From Hyalangium minutum (GTDB lineage Bacteria; Myxococcota; Myxococcia; Myxococcales; Myxococcaceae), in assembly GCF_000737315.1 (NCBI RefSeq), contig NZ_JMCB01000003.1, positions 620,001-684,000 of the forward strand: a stretch of DNA of 64,000 nucleotides, read 5' to 3'. Numbering within the stretch: the stretch's first letter is position 1; each line of letters begins with the position of its first letter. A program made the position numbers and the translations under genes. Below are positions 42,732 to 54,032 of the stretch, one piece after another. The notes beneath the pieces were generated by a model. That model did not search any database, was not told where the DNA came from, and saw only the letters and a program-made list of their open reading frames with translations.

Positions 42732-42760
42732 GCCCTAGCAGCGCCACCGCAGAGCGTCAA
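42732..42760 (-). promoter_or_regulatory. Putative sigma70 promoter of pyrB-pyrC-carA
   Basis: Minus strand TTGACG (42760-42755), 17 bp, TAGGGC (42737-42732); ATG 13 nt downstream, no SD; overlapped by the inverted repeat GGTGGCGC/GCGCCACC (42726-42748). Confidence 0.5.
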
Positions 42761-42775
42761 GCGTGTCAGAAGGCT

Positions 42776-44017
42776 TCAACGCACCGGCTCGAAGAATCGA
42801 TCCAGGCGCAGGCCCGTACCGTCGAAGAAGCCACTGAACAGGCCGCCGTAGCCCAGGGACAACCACACCACCATCGCCTTGCCCTTGATGTTCCCGTACG
42901 GCACGTAAGCGGGCGGGTGGCCCATCCCCACGAAGCCCACGCGGCTGTCCGAGCTGTTGTCCCGGTTGTCACCCATCACGAAGACATGGTCCTCGGGGAC
43001 GACGAAGGGGCCCTCGGTGACGTGGCCGTGGGGGTGGCTGGGATCCTGGAGCACGGCGTGGGCAACTTCGCCGAGCTGCTCCTCGTACAGCGCGGAAGGA
43101 TCGTCGTACCACTCGCCTCTCGGCGACAGGTTGCGCGCGATGAAGTCGCTGGAGACGAGCCGGCGCTGCTGCGGCACGCCGTTGACGTGGATCACCTCGT
43201 CGATGACCTCGATCTTGTCGCCCGGCAGGCCCACCACGCGCTTGATGAAGTCCTTGTCCGTCTCGATGGGGTTGTTGAAGACGATCACATCCCCGCGCAT
43301 GGGCGCCCGGATGAACTGGAACGGCACCTTGTTGATGAACGGGATGCGCACCCCGTAGACGAACTTGTTGACGAAGACCTGGTCGCCGATCTCCAGCGTG
43401 GGGAGCATGGAGCCGGAAGGAATCCGGTACGGCTCGATGAAGATGGTGCGGATGAGCAGCGCGATGGCCAGCGCCTTGCCGAAGCCGGAGACCGTCTCCC
43501 AGCCGGACTGCTTCCGGTAGGCGCCAAACAGGTCCTCGTGGAGCTTGTCGAGCGCCCGGACCTCCTTCTCCAGCCGGGGCACGTCCGCGGCGATGGAGGC
43601 GTCCTCCACGCGGATGGACTGCTCGGTGAGGCCCTCGGCGGCGTTGGGGGGCAGCTTGTCCGGGAGGCGCTGGAAGATGCGCTCGGCCTCGTGGAAGAGC
43701 TCGCGGGCCTCGTGGCGGAGCTTGCGCAGCGCCTGCTCGCGCTTGGAGGCCAGGCGCCAGCCCAGCAGCCCCAGCCAGTAGAAGAACATGGCCGCCCCGA
43801 AGAACTGCATGGCCGGCTTGGCCCACGAGGCGGCGGCGCGGGAGCTCTCGATGACGAACAGGTACGGGATGAAGAGCAGGCCCACCAGTGTGAGCGGAGC
43901 CCAGAGGCTGGTGAGGAGCTGCCGCCACATGAGCACGCGCCGGGCCCGCAGCTGCTCGGGCGTCCGGCGGGCGGACAGGGCCTCTGCGAGCTTCACCGGC
44001 GTGGTGGCGGCGGTCAT
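42776..44017 (-). CDS. lepB: Signal peptidase I with N-terminal TM/coiled extension
   Basis: IPSGSMLPTL (Ser), GDQVFVNKF, DFIKRVVGLPGD (Lys), FVMGDNRDNSSDSR. Confidence 0.95.
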   Translation of the reverse strand: MTAATTPVKLAEALSARRTPEQLRARRVLMWRQLLTSLWAPLTLVGLLFIPYLFVIESSRAAASWAKPAMQFFGAAMFFYWLGLLGWRLASKREQALRKLRHEARELFHEAERIFQRLPDKLPPNAAEGLTEQSIRVEDASIAADVPRLEKEVRALDKLHEDLFGAYRKQSGWETVSGFGKALAIALLIRTIFIEPYRIPSGSMLPTLEIGDQVFVNKFVYGVRIPFINKVPFQFIRAPMRGDVIVFNNPIETDKDFIKRVVGLPGDKIEVIDEVIHVNGVPQQRRLVSSDFIARNLSPRGEWYDDPSALYEEQLGEVAHAVLQDPSHPHGHVTEGPFVVPEDHVFVMGDNRDNSSDSRVGFVGMGHPPAYVPYGNIKGKAMVVWLSLGYGGLFSGFFDGTGLRLDRFFEPVR

Positions 44018-44020
44018 CGG

Positions 44021-45832
<1,812 letters not shown>

Positions 45833-45910
45833 GGAAGGGTGCGCTCTGCGCTGTAAGTCAAAGCGCGCCTGAGTAACACCGAAACCACCCAAAATCCATG
45901 CGTCCGAGCA

Positions 45911-46855
45911 CTACCCGGACGCCCGGGCAGGCTCGCGCGCCTTGGACCGGAAGAACTCCACAGTCTTACGCAGGCCCTCGGAGAGCCCCACGGACGGCTC
46001 CCAGCCGAGCACTTTCTTGGCCAGCGACGGGTCGATGCAGGAGCGCCGCTGCTCGCCGGGCTTGCCCGGAGCGTGCGTCACCTGCGCCTTGGAGCCAGCC
46101 GCCTCGGCCAGGCCCGCGTAGAGCTGGTTGATGTCCGTCTCGATGCCGGTGCCGATGTTCACGGCGCCCACGTAGTCCTTCTCGAAGGCCAGCAGGTTGG
46201 CGCGAGCCACCTCCGGCCCGAAGACGAAGTCCCGCGTCTGCCCGCCGTCTCCGAAGATGGTGCACGGCTGCCCGGCGACCAGGCGCTGGGCGAAGATGGC
46301 CACCACGCCCGCCTCGCCGTGCGGGTTCTGCCGGGGTCCGTAGACGTTGGCGTAGCGCAGCGCCACGTACTGCAGGCCGTACTGGGCCTTGTAGTAGCCG
46401 AGGTAGAGCTCGCCCGAGGCCTTGGAGACGCCGTAGGGCGACACCGGGCGCGTCGCGTGGTTCTCCGGCGCGGGGAAGACGTCCTGCTCGCCGTAGATGG
46501 CGCCGCCGGTGGAGCTGAAGATGACCTTCTTCACGCCGGCGATGCGCGCAGCCTCCAGCAGGTTGAGCATGCCCAGGATGTTGGCATCGGCGTCGAAGCG
46601 CGGGTCCTCCACGCTGCGGCGCACATCCATCTGGGCGGCCAGGTGGCAGATCACCTGGGGCCGCTCGTTGCGGATGAGCTCGGCAGCCTCGGGGCTGCGG
46701 ATGTCCCGGACGGACAGACGGACCCGAGGGTCCAGGTTCTCGCGCTTGCCGCTCGACAGGTTGTCGAGGGCGATGACCTCGTGCCCCGCGCGCAGGAATG
46801 CATCGCACACGTGCGACCCGATGAAGCCCGCCCCTCCCGTCACCAGCACTTTCAC
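45911..46855 (-). CDS. NAD-dependent epimerase (UDP-glucose 4-epimerase-like)
   Basis: VTGGAGFIGS, HLAAQMDV, SSTGGAIYG, SPYGVSK (YxxxK), RYANVYGP, QTRDFV. Confidence 0.9.
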   Translation of the reverse strand: MKVLVTGGAGFIGSHVCDAFLRAGHEVIALDNLSSGKRENLDPRVRLSVRDIRSPEAAELIRNERPQVICHLAAQMDVRRSVEDPRFDADANILGMLNLLEAARIAGVKKVIFSSTGGAIYGEQDVFPAPENHATRPVSPYGVSKASGELYLGYYKAQYGLQYVALRYANVYGPRQNPHGEAGVVAIFAQRLVAGQPCTIFGDGGQTRDFVFGPEVARANLLAFEKDYVGAVNIGTGIETDINQLYAGLAEAAGSKAQVTHAPGKPGEQRRSCIDPSLAKKVLGWEPSVGLSEGLRKTVEFFRSKAREPARASG

Positions 46856-46909
46856 GATGAAGCTCCCGCCACCGCCCGTGGCTCGAAAAAGTTCAAAAGT
46901 ACCGCCAAC

Positions 46910-47875
46910 TTAAGAAGCCCCGTGGGTGCTGGCAACGGCGCGAAAGTAGGAGATGGTCTCCCGCAGACCTTCTTCCAAGGGCACGCGGGGCTCCCAGCCG
47001 AGCAGGGTCCGCGCGCGGGTAATGTCCGGTTGACGCTGCTTGGGATCGTTCTGGGGCAGTGGCTGGTAGACAATCTTCCCTCCCCCACCCGCGGCAGCCC
47101 GCACGGCCTCGGCGAACTGGAGGATGGTCATCTCCCGGGGGTTGCCGATGTTCACTGGATCCGTCACGTCCGAGAGCGCCAGGCGCACCAGCCCGTCCAC
47201 CAGGTCCTTCACGTAGCAGAACGAGCGCGTCTGCTTGCCATCCCCGAAGACGGTGAAGTCCTGGCCTCGCAGGGCTTGGCTCACGAAAGCCGGCACCACC
47301 CGGCCGTCGTTCAGGCGCATCCGCGGCCCATAGGTGTTGAAGATGCGAACGATGCGCGTCTTCACGCCACGCACCCGGGCGTAGGCGGAGGTGATGGCCT
47401 CCGCGTAGCGCTTGGCCTCGTCGTACACGGCACGAGGGCCAATGGGGTTGACGTTGCCGTAGTAGCCCTCGTGCTGCGGGTGCACGAGCGGATCGCCGTA
47501 CACCTCGGAGGTGGAGGCCTGGAGGAACACGGCGCCCTTGGCCTCGGCCAGCTGCAGCGCGTGCTCCGTGCCGATAGAGCCTACCCGGAGCGTCTCGAGC
47601 GGCAGCTGCGCGTAGTCGATCGGAGAGGCCGGAGAGGCCAGGTTGAAGACGAAGTCCACCAGCCCATCGACCGAGAGACCCTCGACGATGTCCTGCTTGA
47701 AGAACTCGAACCCGGGACGGCCGCGCAGCCCGCGCAGGTTCTCCTCGGCGCCCGTCAGGAAGTTGTCCACGGCCACCACGGCGGCGCCGTCATCCAGCAG
47801 CCGCTCGCACAGGTGGGAGCCCACGAAGCCCGCCCCACCGAGCACTACCGCCCGCTTGCCTCGCATGTGTGGCAT
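46910..47875 (-). CDS. UDP-glucuronate decarboxylase-like SDR
   Basis: [56 protein letters not shown]-like [11 protein letters not shown]; start 47875 or 47866. Confidence 0.9.
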   Translation of the reverse strand: MPHMRGKRAVVLGGAGFVGSHLCERLLDDGAAVVAVDNFLTGAEENLRGLRGRPGFEFFKQDIVEGLSVDGLVDFVFNLASPASPIDYAQLPLETLRVGSIGTEHALQLAEAKGAVFLQASTSEVYGDPLVHPQHEGYYGNVNPIGPRAVYDEAKRYAEAITSAYARVRGVKTRIVRIFNTYGPRMRLNDGRVVPAFVSQALRGQDFTVFGDGKQTRSFCYVKDLVDGLVRLALSDVTDPVNIGNPREMTILQFAEAVRAAAGGGGKIVYQPLPQNDPKQRQPDITRARTLLGWEPRVPLEEGLRETISYFRAVASTHGAS

Positions 47876-47888
47876 GCGCTTGGCCCGC

Positions 47889-48071
47889 CTAGGAGAGCTC
47901 GTCGAAGGTGGCCTGTCCGGGCAGCTGTGCCTTGTACTTGTCCAGCACCAGATCGATCCCCTGCCGGATGTACTCGGCCACGGGCACCTTGGTCTTCTGG
48001 TTCAGCGCCTTGAGGCGCTCGTTCTGCTCGGGGGTGATGTAGATGGTGGTGCTGATCTTCTTTCGGGCCAT
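47889..48071 (-). CDS. Ribbon-helix-helix DNA-binding protein (60 aa)
   Basis: [43 protein letters not shown] shows the beta strand plus two helices pattern; ATG 48071. Confidence 0.85.
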   Translation of the reverse strand: MARKKISTTIYITPEQNERLKALNQKTKVPVAEYIRQGIDLVLDKYKAQLPGQATFDELS

Positions 48072-48139
48072 GGCGATATGTGAAAATATATGGAATGTCG
48101 TGGCGCGTGAAGAAAGTGATGCCCACAGACAGGTCTCCA

Positions 48140-48757
48140 ATGAAATCATGGGGTTATGTAGGCATCTGGGCGGTAGCCGCGCTGGTGGGCTGCTCTGGGG
48201 ACAAGGCCGGGAAGAGGCCCGTGGCGGAGGCCGAGCCGATTGGAAATCCGAGCCGTCCTGCGGAGCCCATCCGGCCTGAGCGTGCACCGGGAGAGAAGGT
48301 GCGCGAGCTGGATCTCAACCGCGACAACAAGCCGGACGTGTGGACGTTCTACGTCATGGCCAAGGGCGCGGACGGCCAGGAGCAGGAGCGCCAGGTGCGC
48401 AAGGAGATCGACTTCAACGGGGACGGCCGCGTCGACATCACCCAGTACTTCGACGAGCGCGAGGAGAAGGTGCGCGAGTCGATGGATCAGGACTTCGACG
48501 GGAAGGTGGACTCGGTCCTGTTCTACGAGAAGGGCGTGAACGTGCGCACCGAGCGCGACGTGAGCGGCGACGGCAAGGTGGACGTGTGGCTGTACTACGA
48601 GAAGGGAAAGCTCACCCGGAAGGAGCGCGACACCAACGCCGACGGCCGGGTGGACAACTGGGAGTACTGGGAGAACGGCCAGGTGGACCGCATCGGCGAT
48701 GACCTGGACGGCGACGGGAACGTGGATCGCTGGACGAAGAACCCCAACTCCCAGTAG
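48140..48757 (+). CDS. Lipoprotein with six DxD/NxDG Ca-binding-like repeats
   Basis: Lipobox LVGC; repeats DLNRDNKPD, DFNGDGRVD, DQDFDGKVD, DVSGDGKVD, DTNADGRVD, DLDGDGNVD. Confidence 0.85.
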   Translation: MKSWGYVGIWAVAALVGCSGDKAGKRPVAEAEPIGNPSRPAEPIRPERAPGEKVRELDLNRDNKPDVWTFYVMAKGADGQEQERQVRKEIDFNGDGRVDITQYFDEREEKVRESMDQDFDGKVDSVLFYEKGVNVRTERDVSGDGKVDVWLYYEKGKLTRKERDTNADGRVDNWEYWENGQVDRIGDDLDGDGNVDRWTKNPNSQ

Positions 48758-48764
48758 GCCCGAA

Positions 48765-48787
48765 GGAGGCCCCAACGGTGGGCCTCC
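48765..48787. terminator. Hairpin between convergent genes (possible terminator)
   Basis: GGAGGCCC-caacggt-GGGCCTCC; no U-tract. Confidence 0.4.
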
Positions 48788-48802
48788 CCTGCCCTGCACC
48801 CG

Positions 48803-49165
48803 CTACGGCTTGCTGGTGCCCTGGCGCCCGTAGGCGTCCTCGAGCCGGACCACGTCATCGAGCTCGGGGGTGCTGACCTCGAGGATGTCGCAGTCGGTGA
48901 GGGCCACCATGCGGTGATGGGTGAGCGGCTTGATGTGGTAGCTCTCGCCGGGGTTCATCTGCTTCTCGATGAGCCCCTGTCCCTCGTCGACGACGAGGAG
49001 CAGCTTGCCGCTCTGGACGTGGATCGTCTCGTCCTTCTTGTTGTGGTACTGCAGGCTGAGCTTGTGTCCCTGCTTCACGTGCAGGAGCTTGCCCACGTAG
49101 CGCTCGGTGTGAGCCCAGATCAGCTCATGGCCCCAGGGCTTCTCCACCCGCCTCGTCGCCGTCAT
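48803..49165 (-). CDS. Cupin protein (mannose-6-phosphate isomerase type II C-terminal-like)
   Basis: VEKPWG, LSLQYH..K.E, HRM, ILEVSTPELDDVVRLEDAYGR. Confidence 0.88.
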   Translation of the reverse strand: MTATRRVEKPWGHELIWAHTERYVGKLLHVKQGHKLSLQYHNKKDETIHVQSGKLLLVVDEGQGLIEKQMNPGESYHIKPLTHHRMVALTDCDILEVSTPELDDVVRLEDAYGRQGTSKP

Positions 49166-49195
49166 TTCCTTCCTGCTCTTCCTTGCCCGCCCTCG

Positions 49196-50119
49196 CTAGT
49201 TCGTACCGGCCACGAACGCATCGAGCTGGGTCTCTCGCTTGAAATCCGTCAGGTACCGCGTTGCCGCGTCCTTGCTGGGGAAGCTCCCCATGCGGACGCG
49301 GTACCAGGTGCCCTTGTTGGGAACCTCGGCGGTGACGATATACGGGGCATAGCCCCGGTCGCGCAACCGGCCGGCGAAGCGGTCGGCCTCCTCCCGGGTC
49401 TGGAAGGCGGAGAGCTGGAGCGTGAAGGCGCCACCGGGAGCGGTCTCGGTGGGGCGCTGGGTGGCCCGAGCAATGGCCTCCTTCAGGCCACCACCGGCCG
49501 GAGTGGTGGTACGGGTGGGCACGGTCTCCTCGGCCACCGCACCCGCGGTGGGCTTGGGGGCGGCCACGGGAGCCGAAGCCGTGGTGGAGGCGGGCTTGGG
49601 CGCGGGGGTGGCGGCCGGCGCGGGCTTCTCCGCAGCAGCCTGGGGGCGCTTGGCAGCAGCCAGGGCGGCCAGCTCTTCGTCGGCAGCGCTGTAGGCGGTC
49701 TCCGGCTTCTCGACGGGCTTCTCGGCAGGCTTCTCCGCAGCGGCGGCCGGCGCGGGCTTCGTGGCCGGAGCCGGAGCGGCGGCGGCGGCCGGCGCGGGCG
49801 TGGGCTTGGCCGCAGGAGGCTTGGCGGCGGGCTTCGGCTCGGGGGCCGCAGCGGCGGACGACTTGCGCGTGAGCTCGTCCTGGAAGGTCAGCGGAGGCTC
49901 CTGCTGGGCCTCCTGGAGCACTTGGGCGTTGGCGTCGAGCGCAGAGAGCAGATCCGGCGCGGCGGAGGCCTCGGCGTTGCCGGCGAGCTTCTTGCCGACC
50001 ACGACGCCGAGCACGAACACGGCGCCCATCACGACAATCCCTGCGATCAACAGGCTGACGATCTGCCGATTGTCGAGGGAGACGTCGAACTTCTCCTTCA
50101 TCCGATGAGCATCCCGCAT
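49196..50119 (-). CDS. SPOR-domain cell-division/peptidoglycan-binding protein (FtsN/DedD-like)
   Basis: N-terminal TM (LLIAGIVVMGAVFVLGVVVG), P/A/K-rich linker, C-terminal FTLQLSAF...WYRVRMGSFPSKDAA; start ATG 50119. Confidence 0.88.
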   Translation of the reverse strand: MRDAHRMKEKFDVSLDNRQIVSLLIAGIVVMGAVFVLGVVVGKKLAGNAEASAAPDLLSALDANAQVLQEAQQEPPLTFQDELTRKSSAAAAPEPKPAAKPPAAKPTPAPAAAAAPAPATKPAPAAAAEKPAEKPVEKPETAYSAADEELAALAAAKRPQAAAEKPAPAATPAPKPASTTASAPVAAPKPTAGAVAEETVPTRTTTPAGGGLKEAIARATQRPTETAPGGAFTLQLSAFQTREEADRFAGRLRDRGYAPYIVTAEVPNKGTWYRVRMGSFPSKDAATRYLTDFKRETQLDAFVAGTN

Positions 50120-50220
50120 GGCTTTGGCGTTCCTCGTGCGATGGCGATCTGGCCGGGCGCAGCCCGTGTTGCGGCCTGTAGCGCCAACGCTCTGGAAGGT
50201 ACGCCCCACCCTGGGGTCGG

Positions 50221-50622
50221 TCAAATTCGCGGAGCAACCTCACCTGCGGAGCCAAGGTGGTACGAGGAAAGCCCCGGCTCCCGAGGGTGCGGCGAAGGTG
50301 GGAGGTGGGCAGGTTCTCTGGCCCGAGACTGAGGCAGTGCGCGGACGCGGTTGAGGCGCTCGCGCAGTTCCTTGCCCGCGGCAAAGGTCACGGTGGAGCG
50401 CTGCTGGAGGGAAACGGACGCTCCGGTCTTGGGATTGCGGCAGCTGCGGGCGGGGCGGACCTTGACCGTGAAGCAGCCGAACCCGCGCAGCTCGATGCGT
50501 TGTCCGGCCTGGAGGGCCTGGGTCATGCGCTCGAAGACGGCGTTGACGATGGCCTCGATTCGCCGCAGCGGAACATGAGGGGCCTTCTCCGCGATGCGCT
50601 CGATGAGTTGGCTCTTGGTCAT
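50221..50622 (-). CDS. HU/IHF-family histone-like protein (IHF-beta-like) with C-terminal extension
   Basis: MTKSQLIERIA, RIELRGFGCF, RNPKTG, FAAGKELRERLN; ATG 50622 after GGGAG. Confidence 0.88.
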   Translation of the reverse strand: MTKSQLIERIAEKAPHVPLRRIEAIVNAVFERMTQALQAGQRIELRGFGCFTVKVRPARSCRNPKTGASVSLQQRSTVTFAAGKELRERLNRVRALPQSRAREPAHLPPSPHPREPGLSSYHLGSAGEVAPRI

Positions 50623-50666
50623 GATCTCCCCACGGTACAGCCCGGGGATGACATGGCCCCGAGGGC

Positions 50667-51431
50667 TCACCGCAGGCGCAGATCCGTGGGGCCTTCCACT
50701 TCCAGCGACTGTCCGTTGGCGAAGCGGATCGTCAGCTCGGAGCCTTTGGGGACTATCAATCGAAGGGTATGCCCCAGCGGGATCTGCCGATCCTCGAGCA
50801 GCACCGCAGTGGTGAGGTCATCGGTCTCGGCCACCGCGAAGCCATCGTCAACGGTGACGACAGGGCCCCCCTCCCCGAGCGGTCCCGCGTGGATGTAGGG
50901 CACCTTGGGGCGGAACGGCGGCGGAGGCAGGTCCTTGGACGGCCCATCTGGCCGGGGACCCGAGGAGAGCTTGTCCATCCCGTTGGGAGTGAAGAAGGCC
51001 TTGAAGTAGTCGGACGTGGTGAGCTCGGTATTGGCCTGGGGCGGAGTGAACTCGACGTTCGTGTACCGCGCCGCCACGAGCCGCTGCGCGGGAGGAATCT
51101 CCTGCACGGTGCCGTTGGCCCAGCGCCGTGTGGGGATGTTAGGCCCGAGCAGCTTGGCTTCATCCGCTTCACCCACGTCGAGCTCGTCGCCGCTATCGAG
51201 GAAGCGCATGCCACCGCCGAAGTACTCGATGAGCGCGGGGCCCGTGGCGATGATGTGCTCATCCGAGCGCAGGTGCGAACCCACGGCGATGGGGCGCTTC
51301 TCTTCGCCAACGACGCGCAGCACCGGGGCGCCCGCGGCGTGCAGTCCCGCGACAGACTTGGGAGGCGCCTTCTGGCAGCCTCCGGCCAGGGCGAGCACCG
51401 CGAAACAGAGAACACCCGAGTGCCGCGGCAT
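50667..51431 (-). CDS. Hypothetical lipoprotein with beta-rich (FecR-like) terminal modules
   Basis: Lipobox LAGGC; Pro-rich central linker; start 51431 or 51437. Confidence 0.72.
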   Translation of the reverse strand: MPRHSGVLCFAVLALAGGCQKAPPKSVAGLHAAGAPVLRVVGEEKRPIAVGSHLRSDEHIIATGPALIEYFGGGMRFLDSGDELDVGEADEAKLLGPNIPTRRWANGTVQEIPPAQRLVAARYTNVEFTPPQANTELTTSDYFKAFFTPNGMDKLSSGPRPDGPSKDLPPPPFRPKVPYIHAGPLGEGGPVVTVDDGFAVAETDDLTTAVLLEDRQIPLGHTLRLIVPKGSELTIRFANGQSLEVEGPTDLRLR

Positions 51432-51448
51432 GCCCACCTCCTGCTCGG

Positions 51449-52495
51449 TCAGACGATCCAGCCACCGCCGAGCACGCGATCGCGATCGTAGACCACTGCG
51501 GCCTGCCCGGGCGTCACCGCTCGCGCGGGCTCCTGGAGCTTCACGGAGACCAGCCCGTGCGGGGAGATCTCCACACGGCCGGGCGCGCCTGCGTGACGGT
51601 GGCGAATGCGGACCTCGACGGTCTGGTCCGACGGCGGAGGCGCATCCACCCAGTGAGGCTGTAGCAGCCCAAACGAGTCCCGCCCAGTACCGGCAGCCGG
51701 GCCCACCACCACGCGGTTCGTCTCCGGCTCGAGGCGCTGGACGTAGCGAGCCTCGCCGCCACCGAGGTTGAGCCCGCGCCGCTGGCCCACGGTGAAGCGG
51801 TGGATGCCGTTGTGGGTGCCGAGCACCTGGCCCTCGGGGTCGACGATCTCTCCGGAGGGCTGAGGGCCTGCGACCTTCTCCACAAAGCCCGCGTAGTCGC
51901 CGTCCGGCACGAAGCAGATCTCCATGCTCTCGGGCTTGTGGCTCGTGGGCAGCTGGTGGCGCTCGGCGACGGCGCGAACCTCGGCCTTGGTCATGTCGCC
52001 CACGGGGAAGAGGACGTCACACAACTCGCTCTGGCCGAGTGTGAAGAGGAAGTAGCTCTGGTCCTTGGCGAGATCCTTGGCGCGGCGCAGGACGTGACGG
52101 TCGTCCACCTGCTCAACACGGGCGTAGTGGCCGGTGGCGAGCTTGGCGCCGAGGGCACGGGCCCGCTTGAGGAGGAAGTTGAACTTCACGTCCCGGTTGC
52201 AGCCCACGCAGGGGATGGGCGTGCGGCCGCCGAGGTAGGACTGGACGAAGGGGTTGATGACGCGGTCCTTGAAGATCTCCTCGGCGTTGGCCACGTAGAA
52301 GGGGATCCCGAGCGTCTGGGCGACAGCGCGCGCATCGTCGATGTCATCAGGGCTGCAGCAACTGCCACACTGGGCCTTGCCCTCGTAGGACCAGACCCGC
52401 AGCGTGATGCCGATCACCTCGTGACCCTGCTCCTTGAGGAGCGCGGCGGCGGCCGAGGAGTCCACCCCACCGCTCATGGCAATGACGACTCGCAT
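51449..52495 (-). CDS. mnmA: tRNA-specific 2-thiouridylase
   Basis: [56 protein letters not shown]; ATG 52495. Confidence 0.97.
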   Translation of the reverse strand: MRVVIAMSGGVDSSAAAALLKEQGHEVIGITLRVWSYEGKAQCGSCCSPDDIDDARAVAQTLGIPFYVANAEEIFKDRVINPFVQSYLGGRTPIPCVGCNRDVKFNFLLKRARALGAKLATGHYARVEQVDDRHVLRRAKDLAKDQSYFLFTLGQSELCDVLFPVGDMTKAEVRAVAERHQLPTSHKPESMEICFVPDGDYAGFVEKVAGPQPSGEIVDPEGQVLGTHNGIHRFTVGQRRGLNLGGGEARYVQRLEPETNRVVVGPAAGTGRDSFGLLQPHWVDAPPPSDQTVEVRIRHRHAGAPGRVEISPHGLVSVKLQEPARAVTPGQAAVVYDRDRVLGGGWIV

Positions 52496-52664
52496 GACGA
52501 CCTTCTTCCTACACACCGGCCTGTCCGGGTGCGACTCGCGGACGGGAGATTCGAATGCTTCCAGACAGGAGCAGCCCACCCACCGAGGGAGGCTGGACGG
52601 AGGGTTTACCGCCCCTGAGCCTCTCCGGGAAGGAGAGAACGCCCTGGAGGATTCCCGGGTGGGC

Positions 52665-53933
52665 TCAGCGCCCCTTCCCTGCCTGCCAGGTCCGCAGCAG
52701 CTCCTTCAGCTTCTCCGGCTGGTTGAGGGAGGGCTCATCAAGCACGGTATCGAGGAGGAACCGGGTGGCCTCGCCAACGATGGCCGAGGGACCCACGCCG
52801 AGCGTGGCCATGATGTCCCCGCCCGTCAGGGCCAGGTCCTTGGTGGTCAGAGGAGGCTTTGCGGCAGCGAGGGCACGCAGCCGCTCCTGGAGTTGAGTGA
52901 ACTCGGGGAGCCGCTCGGGTGAGCGGACCTGCACCCGGGCACGAGCGACCGCGAGCAAGGGCTCCAGCTGGCCGAGCCCCGTTCGAGCAAGCAGGCGCCT
53001 GAGCGCTGGGTCGCCGTCGCTGAAGCGCTTCTCGAGGACAGCATGCTCAACGAGGAGCCCCACCGTCTCGGCGACCTTATTGGGGAACTTGAGGCGGATG
53101 CCGAGCTCCCGGGCCTGCGGGCCGGTGACGAGATCCGCCAGCAAGGCGGCCATCCGGAGCTCGGCCTCGGCTGGGACGGCATGAGCGGCGGCACGGGCGA
53201 GCCGTGCGGCCTCGGCATCCGCGCGAGCCAGCTCGGGAAGGAAAACCTCGAGCAGCCCCGTCTCGGCCAGCAGCACGAGGCCAGACTCGGCGCGCGGCGA
53301 GAGGAGCACCTTGACGAACTCCTCGCGCACGCGCTCCAGGGCGACCTTGCGGAACACTGGGAGCGTGGGAGGAATGGCGGCGCGAGTGGAGGGCTCGAGC
53401 ATGAAGCCGAGCACCGTCGCGAAGCGCACCGCGCGCATGGGGCGCAGGCCATCCTCGGAGAAGCGCTCGTGCGGGTCGCGCACGCAGCGGATGACATGGG
53501 CCTGCAGGTCCGCTTGGCCACCGAACGGATCGACGAGATCCCGGCTGATGGGATCGTAGGCCATGGCGTTGATGGTGAAGTCGCGGCGAGAGAGGTCCTC
53601 GGTGATGTCGCTCTCGAACTTGACGGTGCTGGGGCGGCGGCCGTCGTGATAGTCGCCCTCGCTGCGGAAGGTGGTGACCTCGACGTGGGTGCCACCGATG
53701 ACGACCGTCACCGTGCCGTGCTGGATGCCAGTGGGGATGACCTTCTTGAAGGCCGCCTGGACCTCGTGCGGGTGAGCGCTGGTGGTGACGTCGAAGTCCT
53801 TGGGAGGGACGCCGCGGACCATGTCACGGACGCAGCCACCGACGAGGAAGACGGCGAAGCCCAGCTCGCGCAGGCGCCGGAGGACGTCGAGGACCGGGCG
53901 CGGGATGTCGGCGTTGTGGAGGTTCGCGAGCAT
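52665..53933 (-). CDS. cca: Class II tRNA nucleotidyltransferase (CCA-adding enzyme family)
   Basis: [20 protein letters not shown], flexible loop [44 protein letters not shown]. Confidence 0.9.
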   Translation of the reverse strand: MLANLHNADIPRPVLDVLRRLRELGFAVFLVGGCVRDMVRGVPPKDFDVTTSAHPHEVQAAFKKVIPTGIQHGTVTVVIGGTHVEVTTFRSEGDYHDGRRPSTVKFESDITEDLSRRDFTINAMAYDPISRDLVDPFGGQADLQAHVIRCVRDPHERFSEDGLRPMRAVRFATVLGFMLEPSTRAAIPPTLPVFRKVALERVREEFVKVLLSPRAESGLVLLAETGLLEVFLPELARADAEAARLARAAAHAVPAEAELRMAALLADLVTGPQARELGIRLKFPNKVAETVGLLVEHAVLEKRFSDGDPALRRLLARTGLGQLEPLLAVARARVQVRSPERLPEFTQLQERLRALAAAKPPLTTKDLALTGGDIMATLGVGPSAIVGEATRFLLDTVLDEPSLNQPEKLKELLRTWQAGKGR

Positions 53934-53958
53934 CGGCCGCGCTGCGGGAGGGAGAGAG

Positions 53959-54032
53959 TGACCCCGACAGGAATCGAACCTGTGACCTGTGGTTTAGGAA
54001 ACCACCGCTCTATCCAACTGAGCTACGGGGCC
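53959..54032 (-). tRNA. tRNA-Arg (anticodon CCU); CCA end not encoded
   Basis: Minus strand GGCCCCG TA GCTC AGTTGGATA GAGC G GTGGT TT-CCT-AA ACCAC AGGTC ACAGG TTCGATT CCTGT CGGGGTC A gives a complete cloverleaf; followed by CTC, not CCA. Confidence 0.95.

Noticed and set aside
48140-48757. Naming this lipoprotein CglD, or naming the SPOR gene agmI
   Set aside because: CglD is recalled as a much larger VWA-containing protein, and agmI orthology cannot be verified without a search.
49550-49870. Repetitive GCGGCC/GGCTT DNA
   Set aside because: It encodes the low-complexity P/A/K linker of the SPOR protein.
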